The position numbers were made by a program, and so were the translations under genes. DNA of 64,000 nucleotides from Candidatus Thorarchaeota archaeon (GTDB lineage: Archaea > Asgardarchaeota > Thorarchaeia > Thorarchaeales > Thorarchaeaceae), in NCBI GenBank assembly GCA_019057475.1, contig DXJO01000010.1, forward strand, positions 256,001-320,000, written 5' to 3'. Each line of letters begins with the position of its first letter. The stretch's first letter is position 1. Under the pieces are notes generated by a model. The model did no database searches. It worked only from the letters and a program-made list of their open reading frames with translations, and was not told where the DNA came from. Shown here piece by piece: positions 49,001 through 56,542 of this stretch.

Positions 49001-49606
49001 GAAGAAACTCCTTTGAAATCTGGTTTCTGGAATACAAGCTCTGAGAGTATTTCAATATCTGTGGATGGATTAAGTCTTGGTGTCTTTAACTATACGATTC
49101 TTGTAACAGATCAGTATGATAATACTGCGCAAGATGAAGTTCTTGTTATTGTAACCGATGGGACACCACCTGTAGTGAATGATGTGCCAGATGTAGCTTT
49201 CACAGAGGGTTCAACCGGACACAATATCACATGGTTACCAACCGACTTACATCCCGACTCTTTCGAGATTCTTCTTGATGGTTCAATGATTAGAAATGGG
49301 TTGTGGAACTCAAGTGGAGAGAGTATCTTTGTTGCTCTGGACAGTCTTGACCCGGGTACCTACAATTACACTGTCATCATAACTGATGTAGGTGGGAATA
49401 CTATTAGTGATACTGTGATTGTAACAGTTACTGAGGTAACCACTACAACAGCAACTACTACCACTACTACCACTACAACTACGACAACCACTAGAACCTC
49501 GACGACTACAGAAGGAAATATTCCTCCTATGACCATATTGCTCTTATCAGCTGTTGCTGGAATACTCATCATCTTTGTTGTCATTCTGTTACGAGTGAAA
49601 AAGTAA
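46076..49606 (+). CDS. Large NosD/CASH beta-helix surface glycoprotein with 4 Ig-like repeats, Thr-rich linker and C-terminal TM; AT-rich
   Basis: GFPGAGSEFSPYLI, many NN(S/T)I repeats, WDDNVTTGNAWSDY, four P.I..P.D...(Y)N(Y/L)TI.V.D..GN...D.V.V-type domains, poly-Thr. Confidence 0.88.
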   Translation: MRIKATLLAIIILLVVSPFFIQPNGLNNIKEEVQRTCWEVSYTDSGPILIEEDDDFGVLGFPGAGSEFSPYLIDDLNFTSNDVCITIRNTRAYFNITNCYFAPEYEDYTIGIVLVNVTNAYIGSNIFSNKTTAIQWNHVNDSRCVDNEIIGNVNSGVSLSGCYDSVVELNQIVGNDENRGNGVYLFDSISCNISENEIANSYIGIKAAWAENCTIDQNQLHNFDYGPFVSIDSPSAIRVQGSPNCTIRQNDISESPVAGILLYGPADVHCIENTLTGCGFFTQGLMPGNPGFYTIGDMVNNKPVLYVWNQTNLNISGSLYGQIILHEAKFCSIAEGQFNEASVGISLSFCTNCTIEDTESSGNHFAGALMFLSTNCTFNNLALDDNSRMQGGMNLVSSVWVYGSQNAKVTNCEITNSQGAGLLIMQSTLTVVTNNTFMKNGIFMMGGMGPTVVEDYYIIEENNTINGKQFGYFYNETDKTVDGTLYGQIYAVNSSRVSIVGGDFSEATSGVAFVFTSNCSLESAAMNQNSFYGLQNLFSTNTSIINNSIDDNPYSAIHNTFSESSTFLNNSICGNGHGIPEGQTMPTLALSSYDRLSYNTISQNRYGIALDGSNITVHKNNISCNGINGIWVNNAGFFNISSNCIAGNFMEPVASASVAGIYVSGGTYGVIHNNSIYSNSGYGIMIGSLSATKNSIYWNEVGWNGVGNAAEGGPDNLWDDNVTTGNAWSDYVGPGTYPIMLSSSVDRYPSTLTDITVPTIKGPDDVIFESGTSNNALVWNASDNYPGNFVVYQNGTPIENRTWCFKPIEVELEPLDVGFYNLTIVVYDGEGNTASDTVIVESADSINPTIDNPGDIEYSIGQTGNNIIWHGSDLNPASYEIFQDEISIKTGVWNFSIESIVINVDGLLAAEYNYTILVTDMGGNTAVDEVIVTVIEATSPSIDSPEDIEYAEFDTDNMIVWHPNDANPESYIIYFEETPLKSGFWNTSSESISISVDGLSLGVFNYTILVTDQYDNTAQDEVLVIVTDGTPPVVNDVPDVAFTEGSTGHNITWLPTDLHPDSFEILLDGSMIRNGLWNSSGESIFVALDSLDPGTYNYTVIITDVGGNTISDTVIVTVTEVTTTTATTTTTTTTTTTTTRTSTTTEGNIPPMTILLLSAVAGILIIFVVILLRVKK

Positions 49607-49645
49607 TATTTGGCGGCTCAGCCGCCTCTCCTTTTTCATGAACAT

Positions 49646-50281
49646 TCACTTTGGGGACTCATCTTCAATGGAATGAATCACGTCAGCGTGCATGGCATTG
49701 AGGTCCATGAACAGCTTCCTGTATTCATCATTCATGATGTCGATGTAGACTATGTTCTTTGCTCTATCAATATCGATGAACTTCAGCGATCTCTCTAGGG
49801 CTCTTGGATAGTAGCCGTAGACTACCAGAGTGAAGAACAACACGAGAACCACGGTCAGACCTACCACAGGTTCAAGCAATGGTCGGGAATACCATATCGC
49901 CGCATTGATTCCCAAGAGGAAGAACAAAGCCGGATAGAATAGGACGAATACCGCGGCCCAAGCAATGAATCGCGCTCGGCCAGTTCTGAGCTTGCCGCTG
50001 CCATGGAGCATGCAGGTTGGCACCCAGAATGTCACTGCGCTTCTCGCAGAGGCCAAGATCAGGTCCGCTTTGTCTTTGCCATCGGCCCACGTACTTACAG
50101 CGCTTTCATCCCCTCGTACTGCTGAAGACCTCTCTGTGATTGTGACGGATACCAAGTCCTCTGGTTCATCAAGGCAGACAGGGCACTTTTCTGGGAATTC
50201 CACCTTGGATATATTCGCTCTCACAAGTGTAAAGCCAGTGATTTCTTGCTTCTTCTCAGCATCTTCGCTCATCCTTCCCAC
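49646..50281 (-). CDS. Hypothetical membrane protein with a probable Zn site and 2 TM helices
   Basis: FPEKCPVC ... VPTCMLH; two hydrophobic segments. Confidence 0.7.
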   Translation of the reverse strand: MGRMSEDAEKKQEITGFTLVRANISKVEFPEKCPVCLDEPEDLVSVTITERSSAVRGDESAVSTWADGKDKADLILASARSAVTFWVPTCMLHGSGKLRTGRARFIAWAAVFVLFYPALFFLLGINAAIWYSRPLLEPVVGLTVVLVLFFTLVVYGYYPRALERSLKFIDIDRAKNIVYIDIMNDEYRKLFMDLNAMHADVIHSIEDESPK

Positions 50282-50286
50282 TTACC

Positions 50287-50661
50287 TCATTCAGGGGGCA
50301 TCACGATGATCTGAACACTTGTTAAAGGCCTGTTGTCATTGGGCTCGGAGGCATCAAAGGTATCGAATGTCATTTCGTACAAGAAACGGCGTTCCCTCAT
50401 CTTCAACTCATGCGCCACACGGACGGAGAGTCCGATTCCCTTGAAGCCGTATCCTCTTATCGCCACCATTCGTTTATCGGATCTTACCAGGTCTTGTATG
50501 GTGGCCGCTATCTTGCGCACGTCAATCTTGCCAACCTTGGGTGAGATTTCAAGCAACACGTATTCGCTAGTCGGAAAAACTGCGACATCTTCCTCCATCG
50601 CGATTGAAACAACCTCATCTCTCAGATTGAGCTGCTCAGGGATTCGGTCACGAAGGGACAT
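50287..50661 (-). CDS. Alba-like (Alba/Rpp20/SpoVS fold) nucleic-acid-binding protein
   Basis: VAIRGYGFKGIGLSVRVAHELK...TSVQIIV resembles the Alba V.i.arG.aI..AV.vA...s.ieI.l pattern. Confidence 0.55.
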   Translation of the reverse strand: MSLRDRIPEQLNLRDEVVSIAMEEDVAVFPTSEYVLLEISPKVGKIDVRKIAATIQDLVRSDKRMVAIRGYGFKGIGLSVRVAHELKMRERRFLYEMTFDTFDASEPNDNRPLTSVQIIVMPPE

Positions 50662-50720
50662 GATTATGATTGAATGTAGTCGGACTAATAACTTGAGCGG
50701 CTTCACTAGCCACAAACCTA

Positions 50721-51746
50721 ATGCTCTTATGCTCAGTGAGCATTATTTTCTCGGAGGATTCACTGGTGGTAAAAACCAAGACCCTTGCTATCGTTGTGGC
50801 TGTGGTAATAATCTCATCATTCGCTGTTTATGGCTACTGGTCTACAATTACCCCCCGAGCTGACGTCAGAATCGGGTACCTGAACCAAGACCTGCATCAA
50901 CTCGCCTTACGAGTTGCGTTGGTGAATGGTTACTTTGATGACGTGAATATCACGGTCGACGTTGTCGAATTCGGTAACGGTGCTCTTGAGATGGACGGTT
51001 TTCTTGCAGACCAGATCGACATGGGATACCTTGGAGCCGCGCCAGCATTGACGAAGCGACTCAACCAGGATATCCTGATTACAGTACTCGCCGCGGTTAA
51101 CTTGGAGGGTTCTGTCATTATGGTGAAGAAGTCGGAGTTCGACTCGGGTGCCGTGACCAGCATTGTGAATCTAACAGGTAAGGGTGTACATCATCCTGGG
51201 CCATCAACAGTTCAGAACTTCCTTCTCCGTCTTGCCTTGGAGAATGCTGGGATGACCTACGAAGATATCAATCCCGTATACACAGCACCTCCATACATGG
51301 AAAGCGCCCTTACGGCTGAGGCTCCTGCATTCATAGCATGGGAACCCTTCTGTGCCAAGGCTGAATACAATGACGCCGCAGTAGTTCTGCTGAATTCAGG
51401 TGATATCTGGCCTGGCCATCCCTGTTGTGTTGTGGCTTCTGCCAACAGCTTCTTGGAGGGTAAACCGGATGTCGTTCAGAAGGTCATCGATGTGCACAAG
51501 CGGGCTGAGCAGTGGATTATCGATAATCCATTAGATGCTATTGCCATTGCGATTGACTGGCTTGAGATGGACCAGAGTCCTGTTGAGAATGCATTCAACC
51601 GAATTATCTTCGACTATGATCTGAACATGACCGGTCTGACGATGTATCTCGAGTTCCTCATTGACCAGGATCTTGTGGATCTTCAATTGAGCGAAGTTGC
51701 CAGCTTCATGAACGGCTTTGTTAATACGACGTTCGTCGAGTCATAA
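50721..51746 (+). CDS. NitT/TauT-family ABC transporter substrate-binding protein
   Basis: N-terminal TM, VRIGYL..DLHQLAL, IDMGYLGAAPA, FIAWEPF, WPGHPCCVV. Confidence 0.88.
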   Translation: MLLCSVSIIFSEDSLVVKTKTLAIVVAVVIISSFAVYGYWSTITPRADVRIGYLNQDLHQLALRVALVNGYFDDVNITVDVVEFGNGALEMDGFLADQIDMGYLGAAPALTKRLNQDILITVLAAVNLEGSVIMVKKSEFDSGAVTSIVNLTGKGVHHPGPSTVQNFLLRLALENAGMTYEDINPVYTAPPYMESALTAEAPAFIAWEPFCAKAEYNDAAVVLLNSGDIWPGHPCCVVASANSFLEGKPDVVQKVIDVHKRAEQWIIDNPLDAIAIAIDWLEMDQSPVENAFNRIIFDYDLNMTGLTMYLEFLIDQDLVDLQLSEVASFMNGFVNTTFVES

Positions 51747-51791
51747 ACGGCAGACACAAAAGAAACACCGCGGGTCATCTTCAAGAGCAAG

Positions 51792-52628
51792 ATGACTGTA
51801 GCGCTTAAGGAACGTCGCAGCGAAGCTGATTCGCAACCCGTCCGACCGAAGAGCTGGATGGCAAAGTTCGACCCGCGAGATGTGGTTTTGAGAATCCTCC
51901 TTCCAGTCATCATCTTGATTGTCCTCTGGGAGGTTATTGCACAGCTCTCAGTGTCATCCCTGTCAGGAATTGTGGAATCATTCCTGAAGCTTGCATTCGA
52001 GGGCGACAGTCAGGGGAAACTCCTCACAGAACACGTCTTCTCCAGTCTTGGTCATGTTACTCTCGGATTCCTAGTCGCTGCACTGACAGCGATTCCTCTA
52101 GGAATCATGATTGGTCGGTACAAGGTCGTCAACTCCGTCCTTGGACCAGTGGTTGAAGCGATGCGCCCCATTCCTCCGATTGCTTGGATTCCTATATCGC
52201 TTCTTCTATTCCGTGACATTCTGTTCGCTCGAATTTTCATAATCTGGATTGGCGCTTTCTTCCCGATTCTCATCAACACGACAGCTGGCGTCAAACGGAC
52301 AAACCCCGTTCATTTGGATGTGGCTGAAACCTTTGGTGCGACAGAACCTGAAGTCTTGACCAAGATAATTATTCCCTCTGCTGCGCCAGAGATATTCGTA
52401 GGCTTCCGCATTGGTTTTGGCATCGGGTGGATGTGCTTGATTGCTGCGGAGATGGTGAATGTCAATGCGGGACTTGGATATCTCGTGCTAATCATGCAAC
52501 AGTCAGGTCAGACAGGTGCTATGATTGCGGGTATGTTGTTGATAGGACTCATTGGTTTCCTCATCAGTTACCTCTTCTTGATCATGGAAAAGCGTCTACT
52601 TAGATGGAGAAGAGAAATTTCCGTTTAG
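51792..52628 (+). CDS. NitT/TauT-family ABC transporter permease
   Basis: RPIPPIAWIP, FFPILINT..GV, EAA-like loop DVAETFGA, LIAAEM. Confidence 0.9.
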   Translation: MTVALKERRSEADSQPVRPKSWMAKFDPRDVVLRILLPVIILIVLWEVIAQLSVSSLSGIVESFLKLAFEGDSQGKLLTEHVFSSLGHVTLGFLVAALTAIPLGIMIGRYKVVNSVLGPVVEAMRPIPPIAWIPISLLLFRDILFARIFIIWIGAFFPILINTTAGVKRTNPVHLDVAETFGATEPEVLTKIIIPSAAPEIFVGFRIGFGIGWMCLIAAEMVNVNAGLGYLVLIMQQSGQTGAMIAGMLLIGLIGFLISYLFLIMEKRLLRWRREISV

Positions 52629-53404
52629 GATCTCTGCATTAGCATAGCTTTCTCTTGCTCTATCTTAAGGATGTCTAGAATCTGAGCCCGATATGCGAGG
52701 CACTCGCTAGTTGCTCGGCGGCGAGGTCTGGAAATGCTGATATCGTATTCATTTAGGATCCTCGCTGGGATGTTACTCATGACCAGAATTCGGTTGGACA
52801 TGAATACTGCTTCATCCACATTGTGCGAGACGAATACGATGGTTGAACCGGTTTCCTGCCACACTCTCAGGAACTCTTCTTGCAGGTGATTCCGGGTCTG
52901 AGCATCAAGATTTGAGAACCCCTCATCTGCGACCAAGATATCTGGCGATGTGATTAGGCTTCTGGCTATCTCAGTCTTGCGCGCTTGGCCGCCGGAGATT
53001 TCATGAGGCAGATGTTCCTCATAGCCTTTCATCCCGACCAGTGCAATCACCGCATCAGAACGGCTTCTCATCTCCTCTTCTGATACACCCTTTACCTCGA
53101 GCCCGAACTCTATGTTCTTACGAACTGTACGCCAAGGAAATAGTGATTCCTGCTGGAAGATGTAGCCCACACGACTGTGGCCCATCTTCACTTCAACATC
53201 ATCTATGAGTATTTTACCCGCATCGGGTTCAATGAGTCCTGCAATTATCTTGAGAAGTGTTGTCTTGCCGCACCCCGAAGGTCCAAGGATGCCCAGAAAT
53301 TCTCCATCCTTGACCTCAAATGAGATGTCGTCCAGAACCAAGGTTGAATCTTGTTCCCCGTTGTCAAAGGATTTTGATACGTGACGCACGGAGAGATTGG
53401 GCAC
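52625..53404 (-). CDS. NitT/TauT-family ABC transporter ATP-binding protein
   Basis: GPSGCGKT, FQQESLFPWRTV, ISGGQ, FVSHNVDEAV. Confidence 0.9.
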   Translation of the reverse strand: MPNLSVRHVSKSFDNGEQDSTLVLDDISFEVKDGEFLGILGPSGCGKTTLLKIIAGLIEPDAGKILIDDVEVKMGHSRVGYIFQQESLFPWRTVRKNIEFGLEVKGVSEEEMRSRSDAVIALVGMKGYEEHLPHEISGGQARKTEIARSLITSPDILVADEGFSNLDAQTRNHLQEEFLRVWQETGSTIVFVSHNVDEAVFMSNRILVMSNIPARILNEYDISISRPRRRATSECLAYRAQILDILKIEQEKAMLMQRS

Positions 53405-53603
53405 TATGGTTTCACCGGCCTTCTAGGCCGCATTTCCGGTTAAATAGTGTGCCCTCTGGATGACTCAGATTGAGGGACTGCACCCAATAAAGGTAAAAAA
53501 GGCAACACTCACACCACATAGTGACTCAGATGCTAAAATCACTGTAGTTGTTAGACCAACTTAGTATCTGAACATCAAATCTTCAGATAAATGGTGACCA
53601 ATC

Positions 53604-55919
53604 TTGACGGCCCCTCGCATACTCTTTGAGATTCCCGATGAGCTGAGTACTAGTGCCATTGCCGTGGGCGATGTAACCAACTCAGGACTTTCAGAACTCT
53701 GTACGGGTGGCCGTAACGGGGTTCTGAAGCTGTATAGTGCCAGCAATAAGACCGAAGTACAGTTCTTGGCGCAGCAGGACCTACAGGGCAGCATTCTCTC
53801 GATTCGCATTGCTGATGCCAATAATGACGGTCTGATGGAAGTCATTGTTGGACGCAGTGTGAGTGCCGGTGAGATGCCGGGTGAAACCGGTACGCTTCAG
53901 GTGTTTAGGTACGCTCCAAGTGGCCAGCTAGAACTCCTTGCAGAGCATCCGGTGGGGAGCTTCGTCACAACAATCAGTGTCACTGATGTCACAGGGGATA
54001 ACAAGAACGAAATTATGGTTGGAGGCAGCGATTCTACACTTCGAGTCCTCAAGATGGATACTCAGAATAACTTGACGGAATACATTCATCATCAACTAGA
54101 TGACATGCCTATCGCCATCGGCACTTGCGATGTCATTGGCGATGAGATCGAGGAGATAGTTACCGGTAACCGTGACAAAACGCTGCGTGTGTTCAAGGTT
54201 AGGGAAGACGCGCTGGAAGAGATAGAGGTCCTAGAACTGCCTAGTCCAGTTATTTCAGTCGCGGCAGGTGATATCCTCGGCGATAGGAAAATGGAGCTTG
54301 GGGTAGTTACTCACGATGGCTCTATCAGGATTTACCGCAACGAGGAGAGCAAGCTTGAGCTCTTCACGAAGTTGGAGAACATCAATGCCCTATCCGTCCG
54401 AATAGCCGAGTTGAACGCCGATCATATGGACGAGGTTGTGATTGCCACCTCTGACTTCAAGATTCTATTCTACAGTCTTTACATGGCTGAGCTCAAACAG
54501 CTCGCCGTTATCGATATTGGTGCTAAGATTCTCTCTATCAGTGTTGGTGACGCTGGCGGTGATGATAGACGAGAAGTGTTGGTAGGGGTTTCTGAAAAGC
54601 CTCTCAAGGTTATTGAAGGGTTGTACCAGATAATCCCCAGTTTCGAGATATCTCAGGATTCTGAGGACAGTACTCGCCTGCGCGGCAAGGTTACTGTTGC
54701 AAACATCACGGACCAGCCAGTGATGGGGATCACCGGGAAGATATACCACTTCCCGAAGGACAATATGGAAGTCAATCCACAGCAACTCAAGTTCGACCTA
54801 GGGCCGGGCGAAACCAAGGCCATAGATATTGAACTAATGCCAAAAGCAGAAGGAACAATTATTGTTCGTCCGATCGTGCTCATGTGGACCGACGACGGAG
54901 GTCAAGTGCGTCAGGTCACCACGCCGGAAACCGCGATACTTGTAGAGAAAGACCAGGTTGCCTCAGCTCCTGCTGAAGTCGCTCCCGTCTCAATGCCCGC
55001 CACTACGGTGGAGGCACCTACGATATACGAGGAGCCGTCCCCATTCATACCTCCCTCCGGCACAGGCTTTGGTGAGGTTTCAGTCTCCGAAACCGCTCCC
55101 GTCGAAGCTGCCACTGAATCGGAAATGACCGCACGCGACCAAGCTCAGTTGAAAGCGGCGGAAGACCTCTTGGACAAACTATTCGGAGAGGACTCAGGAT
55201 TATCAGAGTTGGACGACGTATCCAAGCTAATGGAAGAGGCGGAGCAGGTTACAACAGAACCTTCTGCAACAGTCACGGCTATTGCTGTTGAGAGCGCCAT
55301 GGTGTTAGAGATCCGCGCCAGAGAGCATAAGTCTCCAAGACCCGGTGCAGCCTCGGATGCGTATAGCTACTTGTTCAAGGTAATGGTAACCGGAGAAGGA
55401 GCAGTCGGTAAGACGGCGCTTGTTACAAGATACACTACGGGCCAGTTCCAAAAGGACTACAAAACTACGATTGGGAGTCAGTTTGCCGTCAAGCTCGCAC
55501 ACATCTCACCGCCAGAATCTGAGTTCGCAGTTGGGATCAAACTTCAAGCTTGGGATGTTGCAGGACAAGCTCGTTTCAAGGCTGTTCGGAAGATGTACTA
55601 CAGCGGAGCGGCGGGACTGATACTGGTGTTCGACGTAACTAGAAGAAGGTCCTTCGTAGAGCTCCAAAAATGGGTGGAGGAAGCGGACGAATCAGTTGGT
55701 CAGAGAATTCCCATAATCTGCATCGGCAACAAGATTGACCTCCCAGACCGTGCGATACCGGCAGATGAGGCAAAGAAGTGGGCTGAGGACCAGGGTTTCG
55801 TTTACATGGAGAGCAGCGCAAAAACGGGTTCGGGGGTATCAGACATGTTCATGGTGATTGCTGAGCTTATGTGGCGAGAAACCCGGGCGCAGTCCAACGA
55901 TAATCAGACGCAGTTCTAG
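53604..55919 (+). CDS. Beta-propeller + Ig/appendage-like domain + acidic linker + Rab-like small GTPase fusion
   Basis: 7 blades with D(V/I)xGD...E motifs; G1 GEGAVGKT, G2 TTIG, G3 WDVAGQ, G4 NKID, G5 SAK. Confidence 0.88.
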   Translation: MTAPRILFEIPDELSTSAIAVGDVTNSGLSELCTGGRNGVLKLYSASNKTEVQFLAQQDLQGSILSIRIADANNDGLMEVIVGRSVSAGEMPGETGTLQVFRYAPSGQLELLAEHPVGSFVTTISVTDVTGDNKNEIMVGGSDSTLRVLKMDTQNNLTEYIHHQLDDMPIAIGTCDVIGDEIEEIVTGNRDKTLRVFKVREDALEEIEVLELPSPVISVAAGDILGDRKMELGVVTHDGSIRIYRNEESKLELFTKLENINALSVRIAELNADHMDEVVIATSDFKILFYSLYMAELKQLAVIDIGAKILSISVGDAGGDDRREVLVGVSEKPLKVIEGLYQIIPSFEISQDSEDSTRLRGKVTVANITDQPVMGITGKIYHFPKDNMEVNPQQLKFDLGPGETKAIDIELMPKAEGTIIVRPIVLMWTDDGGQVRQVTTPETAILVEKDQVASAPAEVAPVSMPATTVEAPTIYEEPSPFIPPSGTGFGEVSVSETAPVEAATESEMTARDQAQLKAAEDLLDKLFGEDSGLSELDDVSKLMEEAEQVTTEPSATVTAIAVESAMVLEIRAREHKSPRPGAASDAYSYLFKVMVTGEGAVGKTALVTRYTTGQFQKDYKTTIGSQFAVKLAHISPPESEFAVGIKLQAWDVAGQARFKAVRKMYYSGAAGLILVFDVTRRRSFVELQKWVEEADESVGQRIPIICIGNKIDLPDRAIPADEAKKWAEDQGFVYMESSAKTGSGVSDMFMVIAELMWRETRAQSNDNQTQF

Positions 55920-56542
55920 ACGTTTCGTCCGACAGGTTTCACATCCATAATGTCCTGTGCTCCAGCTTCAAACGCAGCCAAGTTCATGCTTGTGAGTGGT
56001 ATGATTTCTGCCAGGCTGGCCTTGATATTATCCGCACGAAGGGGCGTGTTGCCCAGAGTCGCCAGAGCTCCTAGCATGTAGGCGTTCAACGCTCGTGCGG
56101 TACCGATTACTCTCAGGGCAGCACCTGCATCTACCGGATACACCTTGCCACAGATGGTCGCAAGCGCATCGACAACTTCTTTGCTACTAGGGTGCCCATC
56201 TTCTTCACAGCGCGTTGCCGTTGTGTGGACTTCCATCGTACTGAGAACGATGGTTGTTTGCGGTCCTGCATAGTCCACAGCAGCACGCAGGGTTTCCAGG
56301 GGTTCAAGACCCAGCAGCATGTCAACCCGCCCTCGTGGGATCAGCGGACCAGTGTCGTGGTCTGCAATTCTAATATGTGTGTACACACTTCCGCCTCTTT
56401 GCGAGGCCCCAATAATCTGCCCAACCACGGGTTTCATTCCTTGAGCACATGATGCATTTGCTAGAGCCCGGCCACATACGAGGTTTCCCTGTCCTCCAAC
56501 ACCGGCGACTAGAATATTGTATGCATTGCTCAACGATATCAC
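55916..56542 (-). CDS. iorB: Indolepyruvate:ferredoxin oxidoreductase beta subunit
   Basis: AGVGGQG, GASQRGGSVYTHIR, GLEPLETLR, NAYMLGAL; start set at the GTG overlapping the iorA stop. Confidence 0.85.
   Translation of the reverse strand: MISLSNAYNILVAGVGGQGNLVCGRALANASCAQGMKPVVGQIIGASQRGGSVYTHIRIADHDTGPLIPRGRVDMLLGLEPLETLRAAVDYAGPQTTIVLSTMEVHTTATRCEEDGHPSSKEVVDALATICGKVYPVDAGAALRVIGTARALNAYMLGALATLGNTPLRADNIKASLAEIIPLTSMNLAAFEAGAQDIMDVKPVGRNV

Noticed and set aside
49436-49510. (ACN)n trinucleotide tract (also 26071-26109) as a contingency locus
   Set aside because: Mixed Thr codons encode ordinary poly-Thr linkers, and length changes would stay in frame.
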